A DNA stretch of 64,000 nt from Lingula anatina (taxonomy: Eukaryota > Animalia > Brachiopoda). Both the position numbers and the translations under genes were made by a program. Below the pieces are notes generated by a model, which saw nothing but the letters and a program-made list of their open reading frames with translations, had not been told where the DNA came from and made no database searches. The stretch is from contig CM120645.1 in NCBI GenBank assembly GCA_051362555.1, forward strand, positions 6,386,001 to 6,450,000, read 5' to 3'. Below are positions 24,136 through 55,100 of the stretch, in pieces. Numbering within the stretch: the stretch's first letter is position 1; each line of letters opens with the position of its first letter.

Positions 24136-26865
24136 CTTTTTATGTACAGACACAGATGTGTCTGTACATATTGCCATCACCTGCGTCTGTCGTCGCCGAT
24201 GCCGATGCCGATGCCGATGCCGATGGCGATGCCGATGCCGATGCCGTCGCCGTGCACTTTCCTTGTAAACACGATAAGTGGAAGGCAGTTTTACTTTTTG
24301 GCTTTATATTTACAGAGCTGATGAATATTCATAAAACGCAGGTCAAGTTCGAAAATCAGCATGATCGGGCCATTATTGTAGAAGTTATGCTATTTTTTCA
24401 CTTTTCAGCATATTTTTCACATTTCCTCAGATTCAATTCTTAGGCATGTTAACAGTCTCATTATGAAACTAATAAGATACGTGAAAGTTTTTGTTTGACA
24501 TTTCCTGCATCTTTACAACATTGTTAGTTGATTTTGTAAAAATGATGGTAAACTTGTTATCGTGTATTGTGTAATAAAGTGTCAAAAATGGAAATAAACT
24601 CATATCATTGCAGTTTGTCAGATTCAATCATTCACTATGTTCAGAATCTCAGAATGGAAGAAATTGGACATTTAACACTGCTTTATTGATATTTTTCCCA
24701 TCTCATCAATTTTCTTAGTTGATCATATAAAAATTGCAGTAAACTGTTAATTTTGTTTTATGTTAAAAATTGTTAAAAATGGAAAAAAAAAAAAACATTT
24801 CAGAACAGTGCTGTCTTGTTTACATTTTGGCATTTTCAAGTTGTGACTTAGAGGTTCCATGGGCCTGAAGACCTTTGCTAGTCACATTTTCTGAATATCC
24901 ATGATACTAATATTTTATTATTAAAAATTGATGGTCATTATGCTGTTAAACATTATGTAATATTGCATCAAAATTTGAAAAAAACCTATTTTGGGCACTG
25001 CTCCCATGATGACCATTTAAGAAAAACCATGTCACTTACTGTTCTCAAACAGTACAGTAAATATATATATAGATGTGTCTGTACATATTGCCATCACCTG
25101 CATCTGTCGTCGCCATCATCGCCGTCGCCGGTGCCGTGCACTTTCATTGTATACACGATAAGTGGAAGGCAGTTTTACTTTTGGGCTTTATATTTACAGA
25201 GCTGATGAATATTCATAAAACGCAGGTCAAGTTCGAAAATCAGCATGATCGGGCCATTATTGTAGAAGTTATGCTTTTTTTTCACTTTTCAGCATATATG
25301 CAACACTGTAAACACATTCCAAGGAAAACCGATACGCCTGTTGTCATGAAACTCACAGGAGTAATCTATCTTACTAAAACGCAGGTCAAGTTCGAAAATC
25401 GGCATGATCGGGCCACTATTTTAGTAGTTATGCTGTTTTTTTCATTTTTCAGCATATATGCAACACTGTAAACACAATATAAGAAAAACAGATAGGCCAA
25501 TTGTCATTAAACTCACAGGAGTGGTCAATCTTACTAAAACGCAAGTTGAGTTCGAAAATCAGCATAATTGGGCCATTATTTTAGAAGTTATGCTGTTTTT
25601 TCACATTTCCTCAGATTAAATTCTTATGCATGTTAACAGTCTTATTGTTTTACTAATAAGATACATAAAAGTGTTTGTTTGACATTTCCTGCATCTTTAC
25701 AACATTGTAAGTTGATTATGTAAAAATGATGGTAAACTTGTTATCGTGTATTGTGTAATAAAGTGTCAAAAATGGAAATAAACTCATATCATTGCAGTTT
25801 GTCAGATTCAATCATTAACTATGTTCAGAACCTCAGAATGGAGGAAATTGGACATTTAACACTATTCTATTGATATTTTTCCCATCTCATCAATTTTCTT
25901 AGTTGATCATATAAAAATTGCAGTAAACTGTTTATTTTGTTTTATGTTAAAAAAGTGTTAAAAATGGAAATAAACCCATGTCAGAACAGTGCTGTCTTGT
26001 TTCACATTTCCTCAGATTCAATTCTTAGGCATGTTAACAGTCTCATTATTTAACTAATAAGACATGTAAAAGTGTTTGGTTGACATTTCCTGCATCTTTA
26101 CAACATTATTAGTTGATTATGTAAAAATGATGGTAAACTTGTTATCGTGTATTGTGTAATAAAGTGTCAAAAATGGAAATAAACTCATATCATTGCAGTT
26201 TGTGAGATTCAATCATTCACTATGTTCAGAATCTCAGAATGGAGGAAATTGGACATTTAACACTATTCTATTGATATTTTTCCCATCTCATCAATTTTCT
26301 TAGTTGATCATATAAAAATTGCAGTAAACTGTTTATTTTGTTTTATGTTAAAAAATTGTTAAAAATGAAAAAAAAAAAAAAAAACATTTCAGAACAGTGC
26401 CGTCTTTGTTTACATTTTGGCATTTTCAAGTTGTGACTTTGAAGTTCCATGGGCCTGAAGACCTTTGCTAGTCACATTTTCTGAATATCCATGATACTAA
26501 TATTTTATTATTAAAATTGATGGTCATTATGCTGTTAAACATTATGTAATATTGCATCAAAATTAAAAAAAAAAAACTATTTTGGGCACTGCTCCCATGA
26601 TGACCATTTAAGAAAAAGCATGTCACTTACTGTTCTCAAACTTACAGGAAAGAAACATGGGACTTAAATACAGCTTCAGTAGGCAATGCAGTCTGTTTGG
26701 TAATTCTTACTGCCAGTTAAACGGTTTCACATATTGGCATTTTCAAAGTGTGACTTTGAAGTTCCACGGGCTTGTTTATTATTGCATCAAAATTGGCAAA
26801 ATGACCTCTTTTGCATCCTTTTTTCTGTTATTTTGTCTGTACATTTGACAGCTTTGCTGCCTTGT
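24136..26865 (+). mobile_element. HINE-like element family B, copy 1
   Basis: 5' T-run + palindrome tgtacagacacagatgtgtctgtaca, (GCCGAT)n microsatellite, internal repeated blocks, 3' gtctgtaca plus hairpin gacagctttgctgcc and T-run. Confidence 0.75.
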
Positions 26866-27241
26866 TTTTTTTTTTACTCCAGGCCTCACTACAAGGAGGA
26901 TTATTGATATTATTGATAATTTATCACCATTGCTGCTATTCAGACATCAATTATTGAAGATCTAAGTAAATGAAATGTAGTTATTGATTTATAAGACCAT
27001 GCTAAAGCAACTGTTTTAGACAGGAAATTCTATAGTTCATATTGTCACATTCAGTGGCTTTGGTGTGGAATGTTGTTCATGTAACTGATTGTCAGTATGT
27101 AATAATGTTATATATCAAATATGATATTATATCATGTTGGCTACAATGGTGCATGCAGGTTTAATCACTGTTAATATAATAGTGAAGCATCGCTGTTTTT
27201 TCCCCTTCAGTTATATCAGTTATTCTTTTGTTGATCAATGT

Positions 27242-27588
27242 TTAAAGGGATAATAACTCTTCGTTTCGGCTAAAAAATGAATTTTCCTGGAGTAAACGAC
27301 AATTTTCCCATACTCACCAATGGTTAATGAATTCATTTTCACATTCAAAGTTAGTCCCTGGTTTTTTTCTAAAAAGTTTGGTTTTTTGTTAAAATCTCTG
27401 AAGAGATTTTAACAGAGTATAGCCATCAATGGAGGCCACGTGGTCTAAAGACAAGCTCAGATAGAAGAATAATAGCTATAACTCACTGTTTTTTGTGGTT
27501 AAACAGAATATGTTATATTTCTATGAGTTATTCACAATGTTTTTATTGTGAAATATAGATCTCATACGAAGAGTTATTATCCCTTTAA
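27242..27588. mobile_element. Kolobok-like MITE copy 5
   Basis: Perfect ends ttaaagggataataactcttcgt ... acgaagagttattatccctttaa. Confidence 0.88.
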
Positions 27589-28772
27589 GCATTTAATCTT
27601 ATTTAATAAACTGAAAATGGGGCAAACCCACGTCTTTAATGATGTTGATGTAACTTCAGAAGCTAAATTTAGATCTTGTTAAGTGAAGCCAGTTTTTAAA
27701 GTATTGAAGTCAACCTAATGTTTAATGCTGATAGTTTTTTCTTGTAGATTTTGTATTTCCAGCAAAGATTAAGTAAAGTGTGATTCAATCTTTTTCAGTT
27801 AATAGAAACTGATTGCAATTCATATCACACCTTTTTAATATAGTTTGAATAGAGAGTTATTTCTGGTAATCTAGTCAATGTATTTTATATTCTAGCAACT
27901 GTAACAGATTTGTATACATGTAGATTTTTATGTGATCAGTTGCTGCAAATATTCAAAGAATTTTCAAATTGGTGACTAAACAGTTTCATAGGATCCTACA
28001 TTTTGATAAATTTTGTAATTTTAGGGTGGTATTATTTATGATCTTCACTGCATAGTTTTGTCTTACCAGAGGTTAACTTGACAGCAACTTTCACATTTCT
28101 GAGAGTGAACAGAGGTACAAATGTCATTAATCATAAGAATTTTATAACTGTGTATGGCATATTGGAGTATTTAAAAGTAATGTAATCTATTCACAAAGAA
28201 CTCGCTCAAGAGGGTTTTATAGTTGATGCTTCAGTGTTAAAGTAGATTTGTGTATTAATAACGTCTTGTAAACATTTTTGTATGCTCTCTGTATTGAAGT
28301 CAATGTACTTTATCGGACCACAGGAAAAAAAAAGGAGATGTGAAAATGTTGATTTATATATCGTTAAAGTATACACTGATAAATTGAACAGCAGAAATTA
28401 GTGATTAAATGACAAGAAACTATTTATGTTGGTTTTCATGTTTAGTAGCTACCCCCCCCCCCTCCCCAGGAATCTTGGATCTCTCATCAACTTACTGGCG
28501 TTTTCATTTCTCCCAGCAGTCCAGCTGAAGTGCTAGTACATTTATCAATTCCGTAAGCGGGAGTGCTACCACATAAATTTTAATGCTACTCGCGGTTCTG
28601 ACCAAGTAACAATGCAAACATGTTTATAGGATACATGAACACATTTTTATAACGTCTTAAAAACATGTTTGTGTCTGTTGAGACAGTCAATAACGTTACT
28701 GGGCACAATCAGAATACGATTGTGGTAGAGAAGCCCCGATACCGCATACATTAAATCTCGCTGTTTTGGAAA

Positions 28773-28815
28773 TCTCGCGATATCTGGTTACTTTGACAAC
28801 ATGACGCCATCTTTG
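28773..28815 (+). promoter_or_regulatory. IQCA1 promoter motifs: RFX X-box, TCTCGCGA-like motif, YY1-like CGCCATCTT
   Basis: GTTACTTTGACAAC at 28787-28800, ~110 bp upstream of the ATG of a motile-cilia gene; tctcgcga at 28773; gacgccatctttg at ~28803. Confidence 0.6.
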
Positions 28816-28906
28816 AGAGCAAGACCTAGTGAAATCTACGGCTTGCGAAAGAAAATGTATATAATTTAGGTTTATGTATAAATTAAGTGATTTGAAACAA
28901 TAATCC

Positions 28907-44824
<15,918 letters not shown>

Positions 44825-45289
44825 AAACTTAACTGAAAGAAGGCCATGAAATGTCTTTTCGTTTTTGTATAAAAGGAGTTTTACAGAGGCATCTTGAGAG
44901 AAAAAATGACCTGAACACTGGGCAGAATTTAATGAATTTTTCATCATTCCATATCTTGTATTTGCCACAGTACTGCAGAGACAGTGAAAAATGATAATCA
45001 ATCTTTGATAAAAAAAAAAAAAAACAATCTTATCATGGACACATTTCTTGTGAAAACATGATTGCCTTACAATCTCATAATGATTTATTTTTTACTTTTC
45101 ATAAAGCACCACTGTTCAAACTAAAAATGTTTCCAAGGTTCATTACTTTGTGTTGAATGTATTTCTTAATCATTGTACCAGCATTTTATTGAGCTCTGTA
45201 TATACAATCTTATTACTGTACATAAATGAATGAATATATCTTTGGTTGTTTTAATTATTTTAAAGTATCCTATCCAGGATTTTCTTGTC

Positions 45290-45320
<31 letters not shown>

Positions 45321-47507
45321 CAGTAAATTTTGCCTACTTAAAAATTAAAATCCAAGGCCTTTATGAAAAAATATTCACAAAGGTTTTTAAATAGAAAAAT
45401 TGACAAACCAATCATGAAATGGATAAAATACTTTTTTATTCAGATAAGAAAATTGATTAAAATGTGCATTACTTTTTTGCAATGATTAACTTTTTTCACT
45501 TGCTATTAATATCTAATATAATTATTATATTGGTGTTATTAAAATAGTATATTTTCACATATTTTACACATAACATTAGTACTACATTCATAAATATACA
45601 TGCAAAAAATTGGTTAATGTTATACTTCTAAGGCACTGTGACCCTCTGCAACCTACAGCTATATTCTGCTGAAACAGGTAAAATGTGCAACCCATCTTAT
45701 AAACAATAAATCACTCAAAACCCTTGGGAACAGTGACTGGACATAAACACTAATACTGACAAACACAATCCTCATAAAATGAAGTAAGAAATGAAAATAA
45801 AACCTCAACTTGTAAGCATTTATGCACTTTTTTAATGTTATATGTTATACCAGAATCTAACAAAAATAACTCTTGACTACATAACCTCAACACTAAAAGT
45901 CAAACACAAAATTAAAGGCAAGTATTTGGCATAATATATAGAATTTTGGGACATGAAAGATATGCAGTTGTGACTGATATATTTATAATAGACATCTCTT
46001 TTAGTGATACAATATGCATACATGAACTGTATAAGACAAACTTTGATATGCACATTTCTCTGCATAATATATTATCACAAATAACTTTACCAGATCAGAA
46101 TTTCACCTTGCTCCCATAAAAAACAGTTATAATTTATAGAACCAAGTTTTACCCTAATTTCATAAAAGATCTTACATTATGAATAAAATTATGGCATATT
46201 ACAAATATCTTTAAACCAGGCTATCAAATAAATTAAACATTAATTAATATTTATAGGCAGGAAGTCTCAACTGTCATTTTAGTAAAGTACATTCTATTTC
46301 TTTGATTTCTTAAAATTAGATGTACAATCAATCATTCACCTTGATATAATTATTGACACAAATCACAGAATGATCTAAACAAATTCAGTTCTAAAGCGTG
46401 ATACCAACATATTAATATAAAACCCATTTTATAAGTCTGCCCAATTGTTTTAACTAAAAATTACTGAAATACATTTTCCAAAGTGAAAAGTTCAGAAGCA
46501 AAAGCATTTTTACCATTTGAACACAAAATATGAATTTTAATTCTGAAGTTCTGTATCTAGATTTTCATTAGACTTATTTGGGGGTAGCCTAAATTTCATC
46601 CCAAAATACAATACAGTCATCATGATCATCACATCACAAGCAAGCCATTATAAGAGCATAAATGGCCAGGGAAAACAATACATTTAACCTTATTTCTTAC
46701 AACATCAAATTTTTGCAGTTAAACTAAGTGATCACTAAAACAATTCTTGGGTGACTTCAATTTCTGCACAAAATTTAAAACCATACTTATATAATCGGTA
46801 TAAAAATATACTGTTAAACTGCATAAGTTGTTAGTAACATGGTGATTTAGCTTTGTTTAAATATCTCTATGAACAATATGCTGTCAGTCAATTTGTCCCA
46901 ATAGAAGGACTTTACCCATTAAAAAAATTCGATTCAGCAGACATGGGACCTTTCACTGGACAAAGGTGTATTGTACAGAGATAGGGGTTAAAAATGGAAA
47001 CTCAAACATACATCATGTTTTCAACCTGCATAATGGCTGTTGTCCAAGAGCTTCTCTTAACGAGCTGTTCAACATTCTATCTGTATAATGGCTTATAAAA
47101 GGCCCTCTTATTCCACTACTGCAGGTTAATCACATATATATATTTATATATAACATCAACACCTGTTCCATATTACCCAATATACTCTCATCAAACTGGA
47201 TCATAAAGTACCAATGGGAACAGAAAATGCTTTTCTCCCCCCCCCCTCCCTCCCCCAAAAAGGTAAAAAAATAAAATACCTTTATTAAAATATGTAAGTT
47301 AATAAATTCAATTAAAAAAGGTTCTCATAACAGCACCACATTCCTTTCAAACACACAAAGGAAGACAACCTCCTGAAAGAGAAGAACTCCCATCCTTAAT
47401 CCATCTTTGACAAGATAACACAGACAGCTGAACTGATGGACTCCTGTGCCCGAGTCAGGCCTCCTGTTCATATTCTAGTGCTTCTTAAATCCTCTTATTC
47501 TTTCTTA

Positions 47508-50500
47508 TTATCCACCCACAGATCTCTTGTTTACAGACTGCTGGACATGCTGAATCATAGTCCAAGGCTCCATGTTCACATTAGATACCTGGAATACATA
47601 CAAAGCAACTGAGATGTCTGCTGTTCATTAACTGACTGATAATTTGTTTGAAAATGTACAGGATCTTAACACCATATAGTAATTAGACATTTTGATAATG
47701 TTTAACTTGGTGCGTAGCTGGGCAAAGTCGTAATTTATTCTAAAAGCAAAGTATGGTTATGCAAAATTCCTCCATCATGTCCTTAGGTAATGAAACTAAC
47801 TGCTACTTAAAGTAATGCTTTGCTTCTACTGGTTTTGTTACACGTCAGGTACATACCCCATACATTTCCATGGAGCTCAGGTCCCCCTTGACACTGGAAG
47901 CGGAACCCCTGCTGGTGATTCTGGCAAAAGCTGGCATTCTGCCACGATCAGCATTCATATATGAATCTGGCACCTAAAAACCAATCAGAGTTGAGGAAAC
48001 ATTTTATCAACCACATGACTGATCAATCAGAGTAAGGGAAACATCTATCGATCTGGGACAAGTTATATGGCAGACGGCAACAATGTTTCAACTTCTGATG
48101 TAATCCTGGTGGTCAGTGACATTCGGATTTAAATTATATGATCAATAAATTGCCAATTTTCACTTTTGATCAAAATGTTGTTTTACAAGAGTCCTCTCTG
48201 ATCATTCACATTACTTACCAGACTTGGTAATGTTATGGCCATGCTGAAGCACAATTGGTCCAGGTCGTCTAAGTATGCTAAAAAGAAAAAAAAAAAAGAA
48301 ACCATGGATTAAGGAAATTTTCATCTTGAGCAGAACTTAATGAACAGTAATGCTCCAATTATATCTTTTTTTTTTCATGACATGTGAATAGAAATCTTGT
48401 TATAAATCTATATATTTCATGTCTGTTTCAAGATGCATCTCTCCTTCAACTTGTTAACTGAGAACTAACTCTTCTTGCTATGCTGACACAGTAAATTTTA
48501 GACAGGAAATGAACTCTGTGTCAGGAATGCATTTTCTTTCTTTTTCCTTGAAATTCTAATACTCCATACTTCTGAGCACATAATATATCAGCCTGAAGAA
48601 ATCTGTGTTTGGAGTCCTGCTAAGAACAATGATCTCTGTCTCATGTTTGGGGTTCTGGAAAATCAAATTACAGAAAACTAAAACACCAAAAGTCTCAGTC
48701 TGATGCTCTTATTGGGGACCAATAAATGCTACAAAAATCTACTAAAATGTCACAGATTGTTAATGCACTTTATTTAAATAAATTGAAGCCATATGAAAAT
48801 AATCACTTAATTATCTATAATAGGCCTGTTTTCAAAATGTTAACTCACTACAGCAGTCACTATCCAACTTACAAGATTGGCAAAAGCAGTGGCAGTCCCC
48901 AAGTCCACTGTGAGTCCCAAAACCTGATGAAGTTCCTTCAGTTCCTTGAAATAGTTGCTGCCAAATTCCCTAAAATACGTTTCTCCTGCCCTGCGCCATA
49001 ACTCTTGAGCACCTACAAATATGAAACAATGGATTAAAATGCTGACAGAAAGGATCATAATAAGCATTTTTGAAAAGCAAGTATGGAGATGTGATTATGA
49101 TCAATTTTTAGTGTGATAAGCAGCAAATATCATTCCCTTTATTGTCCCACCCGCTGCCGCCATAATTGTAGTTACAAGTCACATGCCACAGAAATCACAC
49201 AGACAACTGAGACAGTATGTACTAATGTCTTCAGGCAATGACACCAATTACGTTAAGGGCTAAATGTGGGTGCATTCACAATATAATGAAACTATCGTAC
49301 TAGGTAGTTTAAACTAACTCTGTGTGGATTGTTGCTGAATACAATCAGATAAAAAGATGAACGTGCCCCCTGGTGTTGAGTAGAAAAGCTCCTTATTGCA
49401 CAATTACGAGGAAGCAAGAGCATTTGTGTGCATCTTATTGCATTCAGGGAGTCCCTTTGCAATTAGCCAAAACCACCTAGTACAACAGATTTATCATGAA
49501 TGCACCCATAAAGGGTGATCAAGATTAAGGACGATCTTTTTAATCAAACATTGACCATTGCTTACCATAATACTGATCTGGCCGCACGTTAACATGTATG
49601 TGTGGATGAATCTGACTGGCCATTGCATGAGGAAGTAAGTCCCAAAATATTATGGGATAGACATAGTCCTTTTGGATGGCATTCACATTCTTCATCCTGG
49701 AATTGGACATGAAAACCACATTTTGTCAAATCTCTGCCTCAATAACTGAACTATTGCAAAATTTACATCAGAAAAGCTGTTTTTTTTCACCTTTTTATTT
49801 CACATTTTTGACAGAAATTTCATTTAGAAATTACAATACAAAGTTAGGTCAGTAAAATTTTATAAATAAGTTCAGTAACTGTTTCAGCTTTAGACCAGCA
49901 AACTGCTAGAACCTTGGGGTGCCAAGGACAGGAAGGAAAAAAAAATTAGATTTGCCCGCTTCTGCTTAACTAGGACCCACCAAGCAACCTTGTAGTCTTT
50001 AATAAACTTCTCAATGACAATATATACACCAAACTGATTCAACTTTTTCTTTTCAGCAATTAAACCTTTACCATGAGAGCCCGGTGTTTGTCATATCCAA
50101 GAACTCTTCTTCGGTCCATTTGAGTGGATGATGGTTCCTCAGTAACACCAAACTGTGCCACCTATCATACTTAAAGGCATTAGCTACACTGTAGGAATGC
50201 TTGGACTCCACTCGACCAAATGGATCCAATGCGGTGAACCTAAAACACCAAGAACAGGAGCAATTAGTGTGCCACCTTTTTTTTTTTTTTTAAAGGATTT
50301 TATTTCCATAAATATTTTAATGCCAGCTTCATTCCTTTTCAATCCAAGTAATCACCAGTTACACTCTTTTGGCATGTATTAAGCTGCAGATTTAAGTAAT
50401 AAGTTAGATGCAAAATTTCATCATGTGTTTGTTTTGACAAAAATCCCACCTTTCTGCTTAAACTTAGCATCAACCTCAAACCCACAAATGTTCAAGTTCC

Positions 50501-52126
50501 TATGAGAATTATTATTACTATTATTATATTTATAATAATACTAATTATCATTATTATTGTTGTAGTTTTCTTAGTATATTGGGGATTTTTAAAGGTATTG
50601 TTCTTGTTATTTTTATTATTAGTTTTTTATTGATATGAACACCCTTTTAAACAATCACTATCACTAGAAAACAAGCCAGAATGTTCAATAACATAAATAT
50701 ATAGAACAGGGGTCATTTACCAGCATTATAAACATTATCCCTGCTACTCAATCATTGTTTTTTTCTGAGAAAGCATTAAAGCAGTAGCTTGGTTCATACA
50801 AACTGCCACATGGCAAAAAAGCACTAGTCAACAATAGAAATATGTTTCTTTTATGTCCAATTTATTTAGTACTACGACTCTTGTATAATCAACATTATAC
50901 CCAATAACCTACACCCCATTCTCATAGATTAGATCGACCTACATTGGATCGACCTAACTCCCTGGGGGTTCACGCTAAATAGCTGTCAGCCGGGCGGACA
51001 CGAAAGTTAATTACCCCTTAAAGCTTGTAGTAGGCGGGGACGGACACTTAAGGGGGATTATCTGACAGTAATCTAGTGAGACTCCCCGCGGTGATAGATC
51101 GATCTAAAAGTTGTGAGAACAGAGCCCTAGAGAGCCCACAAATGTAAAAACATTTAATGGTCAATAAATTACTGTCTCATTTTCATTCATTTTCATGCTA
51201 GTGCATTTTATTATGACTATGGCTAAAAAATTTAAACTAAAATATATCAATAATTTTTAGTGGGATATATCTTATAAAAGATTTTAAAAAGGAATACATT
51301 TAACATTACATACAGTAATAAAGATACATTTCACTAGTTAAAGGGATAATAACTCTTCGTTTTGGCCAAAAAATGAATTTTCCTGGAGTAAACAACAATT
51401 TTCCCATACTTACCAATAGTTAATGGATCCATTTTTACATTCAAAGTTAGTCCCTGTTTTTTTTTCTAAAAAGTTTGGTTTTTTGTTAAAATCTCTTAAG
51501 AGATTATAACAGAGTATAGCCATCAATGAAGGTCACGTAGTCTGAAGACAAGCTCAGATATCAGAATAATAGCTATAACTGCTGTTTTTGTCGTAAAACA
51601 GAATATATTATATTTATATGAGTTATTCACAATGTTTTTATTGTGAAATATAGACCTCATACGAAGAGTTATTATCCCTTTAATTGTGTGACTTTGTGGC
51701 AGCTGGAAGGGTAAATTATTAAACAGCACAGTGACAATCTTTTTTTTACTGTATGGTTACAAGTATGTTAGAAATTTACCAATTACGATATTTTTTTACT
51801 GTATGGTTATACAGTATGTCAGAGATATACCTATTCCAAAGTCGTGTGATTGCAGATACAAAACTGACAAAACATGGCACTGTGCAATTTAGTGGTGTAA
51901 CCCAACCTTATCATTATCACAAACAAATACAATCTCAAAATCTGGCTAAATTCAGATAAATTCAGATTAAGAGCTGGTTCTTATATCTGGCCTAGTTTTA
52001 CATATAATCAGTTAGGTATGTTAGGTGGATTTACTGTGCGTGGAACCTTGACAGATGCCCTCTTATATAATGGGACTTGCTAGCTCCCAGATGCTTGATA
52101 TTTTGGTGACTACATTAACTGTGGAT

Positions 52127-52165
<39 letters not shown>

Positions 52166-55100
52166 TCATACCATATATCTTTCTCCCATTTACAGTAATA
52201 TGTAGTAAACTATACAAAGTGTACATCTATTCAATATTCATTTCAATCTAAAAAAATAGTAAAGTCATTAGATATTTATTTCAAGGTATGAAAAGATGGA
52301 TGAAGCCGTTCTGTATATAATTTATCAGAGAACAAACCTTTTATAAGATCCTTCACAGAAGTCACAATTCTGGGCAGATTCCTTGGTTATGTCTTCTACA
52401 CTGTAATTAAAACAGTACGAATCTAATACATTGAGGCTGACATAAAATATCAAATTATTGGAACATTATTAATTTTGAAACAGTAAAGGTATATAGATCC
52501 TTTATTTCACATGTAAAAAATTGTTTACAAACATGAATGCCTGAAGACTCTAATCTAGTATTTAAGAAAAAGAAGAATTAGAGTCAATAAATGACTACCA
52601 GAAATGCAAAGAAAGATGAACTTCTTTACTCATTTCATTGGTTGCCTGATACACTACAAAAAATCCACAGTTAATTCTCAGGTCAAATGAGTAAGCTTCC
52701 ATTCTATTTTAATTTGTTCTGAAATCTTTAGCCAAGCATTATTTATCATTTGCTTAACATCATCAGAATTTATCTGATTCACTAGATTGATTTGAAAATA
52801 CCATAAATAATCAATTTCCACCTGCCCTTAAGAAGCAGGCAAACTACTCTAGGGTGATCAAGATTATAAATAACCACTACCGTTTTTCACTACAGTCGTG
52901 TTTCCAGTGAAGGTAAGTCCACCTAACCTTGTATCTACTCAACAGGTAGTCTCTTTATTCCATCCACAGTATTCAGTCAATCTATCATTTAATAACTCCT
53001 CATAATTACAACGGTGGATGGAGAGACAATAGATAGATTGACAGGATTCTACTGATTAGAAATTGCAATATCATATCAATCTGAAACATGAGATTGATCT
53101 GTAATGATCATGAGCTAGGTCAACCAATCTTCACTGGAAACAGGCCTTGAAACTTTATTTGTGCCGAGACATAGGAGTGGAGAGATAAATGCCAGGTAAT
53201 TAAAATATGCACTTCCAATACAACACGTACCAGTATGTCTGCCATTTCAAAACCAATAACACTTTCTAATATACTTCGTACATCATGTTTCCAGTCAAAC
53301 TGTATCATGACTTCCCATTCCCTACTGACAGGTGATCTTATTATGACTAGTTTAATATAAGAAACCGGTCTAATAAACTCAATCACAGATTCTCCACCGA
53401 GCAAGCTGCTAACTTGTGGAAGAAGTAATGTAAAATAACATGGGCATTAGCTGGATTTCTGATAAGAACTGGATTTGGTTTACATAGTAAGAGGGAACAA
53501 GGCAGCAAAGCTGTCAAATGTACAGACAAAAAGCAGGAAATAACAAAATAGGCTACTGTCAATTCTGATGCAAAAGTACATTATGTTAAACTGCAAATTC
53601 AACATCAAATTCTGATTATGCTCAACAGGTAATACCAATGTAAGTAAAATGTGTAACAAACATAAAGCTTCAGGCCCATGGGAGTTCAAGTTCACCCTTT
53701 GAAAATGTAAAAGTTCCAGAAAAAGAAGTCAATTAGACTGCTTTTCCAACTCAGGCTGCATTTTAGTCCTGTATTTCTTTTTTGAAAGTTTGGCAATCAT
53801 AAGTAACATGGTTTTCCCATAATGGTCATCATGGCAGCAGCACCCAAAATTGTGTTTTCTTCTATTCTGATGCAATATTACATAATGGTTACCAGCATAA
53901 TGACAATCAATTTTTAATAATAAAATATACGTATCATGGATTTTCAGAAAATGTGACAAGCATGGGTCTTCAAGCCTGTGGAACTTCAAAGTCACACCTT
54001 GAAAGTGTCAATATGTGAAAAATTAAAATTTCACAAAAAAACTGTTTAACTGGCAGATTGCATTGCCTACTGAAGCTATATTTTAATCCCATGTTTCTTT
54101 CCTGTAAGTTTGAGAACAGTAAGTGACATGGTTTTTCTTAAATGGTCATCATGGGAGCAGTGCCCAAAATAGGATTTTTTCAAATTTTGATGCAATATAA
54201 CATAATGTTTAACAGCATAATGACCATCAATTTTTAATAATAAAATATTAGTATCATGGATATTCAGAAAATGTGACTAGCAAAGGTTTTCAGGCCCATG
54301 GAACGTCAAAGTCACAACTTGAAAATGCCAAAATGTAAACAAGACAGCACTGTTCTGAAATGTTTTTTTTTCCATTTTTAACATTTTTTTAACATAAAAC
54401 AAAATTAACAGTTTACTGCCATTTTTATATGATCAACTAAGAAAATTGATGAGATGGGAAAAATATCAATAGAGCAGTGTTAAATGTCCAATTTCTTCCA
54501 TTCTGAGATTCTGAACATAGTGAATGATTGAATCTGACAAACTGCAATGATATGAAATTATTTCCATTTTTGAAACTTTATTACACAATACACGATAACA
54601 AATTAACTATCATTTTTACAAAATCAACTAACAATGTTGTAAAGATGCAGGAAATGTCAAACAAACACTTTTAATATCTTATTAATTAAATAATGAAACT
54701 GTTAACATGCCTAGGAATTGAATCTGAGAAAATGTGAAAAAACAACATAACTTCTAAAATAATGGCCCGATTATGCTGATCTTTTAACTCAACCTGCGTT
54801 TTAGTAAGATAGATTACTCCTGTGAGTTTCATGACAACAGGCCTATCGGTTTTCCTTGGAATGTGTTTACAGTGTTGCATATATGCTGAAAAGTGAAAAA
54901 TAAAGCATAACTTCTACAATAATGACCTGATCATGCTGATTGTCGAACTTGACCTGCGTTTTATGAATATTCATCAGCTCTGTAAATATAAAACCAAAAA
55001 GTAAAACTGCCTTCCACTTATCGTGTTTACAATGAAAGTGCACGGCGCCGGTGACGGTGACGGCGATGACGGAGACGACAGACGCAGGTGATGGCAATAT

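Noticed and set aside
24133-25471. ORFs with VADADADAD / PMPMPMP repeats (also 54686-56161)
   Set aside because: Translations of the (GCCGAT)n microsatellite and body of a non-autonomous element.
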